Shown piece by piece: positions 31,136 to 32,000 of a DNA stretch of 32,000 bases. Within the stretch, counting starts at the first letter, position 1, and each line of letters opens with the position of its first letter. A program made the translations under genes and the position numbers. The notes below the pieces were generated by a model. The model saw only the letters and a program-made list of their open reading frames with translations, was not told the origin of the DNA and searched no databases. Source of the stretch: Candidatus Omnitrophota bacterium (GTDB lineage: Bacteria; Omnitrophota; Gorgyraeia; Zapsychrales; JANLHA01); NCBI GenBank assembly GCA_963662715.1, contig OY759724.1, positions 1,620,001 to 1,652,000 on the forward strand. The letters run 5' to 3'.

Positions 31136-32000
31136 ATGAAAGTCAAAATGATTTTACCCGCGTTGTCTGAAGCCAAGAGTATATACTGGCGGCCTTTGAA
31201 ATATTCTTTGTTCCCGCCTTTGGGTTTAGCGACTTTAGCCGGTTTTCTTTCCGCTGAGGATGATATCGAAATCCGGGATGAACATGTTGAAGATTTATTC
31301 CTGGATGACGATCCTGACCTCGTTGCGATCCAGGTTTATATTACAGCCGCCCACCGGGCTTATGAAATAGCCGATCATTACTGCCGGAAAGGCGTTTACG
31401 TTGTTTTAGGCGGTTTACACGTAACCTCTCTGCCGCAGGAAGCCGCTCTTCATGCCGACACGATTTTTTTAGGTCCGGGCGAAGATACCTGGCCGCAATT
31501 TTTGCATGATTTTAGGCATGCGCGTCCCCGCAAAATTTACTCATCAACCCATCGTTCCCTGACCGGCATCCCGCCTTTGCGGCGGGATCTTATTAAACGG
31601 CATTTGTATCTGGTGCCTAATTCTTTGCTTGTGTCCCGGGGCTGCCCGCACAGATGTGATTTTTGTTATAAAGAATCTTTTTTCCAGGGGGGCAGATCTT
31701 TTTATACCCAGACGGTCGATGATGCGCTTCATGAGATCCGCCGTCTCCCGGGGAAGCATCTTTTTTTTCTTGATGACCATCTCTTCGCTGATGAACGCTT
31801 TGCCTTGTCGTTGTTTGACGGAATGAAAGGAATGAAACGGGTCTGGCAGGCTGCCGGGACAGTGGCTTCCGTATTAAGGCCTCGTTTAATTGAGAAAGCC
31901 GTTGATTGCGGATTGAAAAGCCTGTTTGTCGGGTTTGAAAGCGTTAGGTCGGATACCCTCGCGGCATACAATAAACAGCATAACAGCAGAAGCGATTATG
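31136..32000 (+). CDS. B12-binding-domain radical SAM protein (class B), 3' end outside window
   Basis: Absent from the ORF track because it has no stop in the window. AGGAGGG lies 6 nt before the ATG at 31136, and I translated 288 codons without a stop. The N-terminal Rossmann-like B12 domain shows LGLATLAGFL, LVAIQVY and VVLGGLHVT. The radical SAM cluster motif is SRGCPHRCDFCYK (CxxxCxxC). Confidence 0.85.
   Translation, partial: MKVKMILPALSEAKSIYWRPLKYSLFPPLGLATLAGFLSAEDDIEIRDEHVEDLFLDDDPDLVAIQVYITAAHRAYEIADHYCRKGVYVVLGGLHVTSLPQEAALHADTIFLGPGEDTWPQFLHDFRHARPRKIYSSTHRSLTGIPPLRRDLIKRHLYLVPNSLLVSRGCPHRCDFCYKESFFQGGRSFYTQTVDDALHEIRRLPGKHLFFLDDHLFADERFALSLFDGMKGMKRVWQAAGTVASVLRPRLIEKAVDCGLKSLFVGFESVRSDTLAAYNKQHNSRSDY

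Noticed and set aside
1-32000. Scan for tRNA, rRNA, CRISPR arrays, IS elements, integrases and long DNA-level direct repeats
   Set aside because: None were seen by eye. There is no T-loop GGTTCGAATCC-type sequence in a tRNA context, no regularly spaced short repeats and no transposase- or integrase-like ORFs. The only periodic DNA is the diverged coding repeat array.

Overview
Bacterial chromosomal window at about 90% coding density. I saw no rRNA, tRNA, CRISPR array or transposase. All family calls come from reading motifs by eye, with no database search.

**Layout**
- **1-4.1 kb:** folC (5' partial) and mnmE on the + strand. A CvpA-like membrane protein and a small membrane protein lie on the - strand.
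- **4.1-20.9 kb:** one long + strand gene string, probably several transcription units. It carries two PilZ proteins, then purB, purC, a PurS-PurS-PurL fusion, a LOG-family gene, purQ, purM, purD and purE. These are followed by a TsaC/LMW-phosphatase fusion, rpiB, glyA, nrdR, a BFN nuclease, an HD-domain CCA/poly(A) nucleotidyltransferase, a macro-Nudix fusion and a 36-aa membrane ORF, then a terminator hairpin.
- **21.0-28.3 kb:** an accessory-looking module bracketed by hairpins. It opens with a 400-nt non-coding leader.
  - Its first two genes are a secreted tail-fibre-like protein and a 1266-aa secreted protein.
  - They are followed by an ECF sigma factor, a zf-HC2 anti-sigma factor, a small acidic exported protein and a basic DUF3106-like repeat protein.
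- **28.4-32 kb:** a YtrA-like GntR regulator with an operator-bearing promoter, an ABC ATPase, an unassigned polytopic membrane protein and a B12-binding radical SAM gene (3' partial).

**Best candidate for an undescribed system**
This is the 21-28 kb surface-protein plus ECF module, and in particular the 1266-aa protein. That protein is about 10% cysteine and contains about 17 tandem ~48-aa four-cysteine repeats that I cannot assign to any named family.
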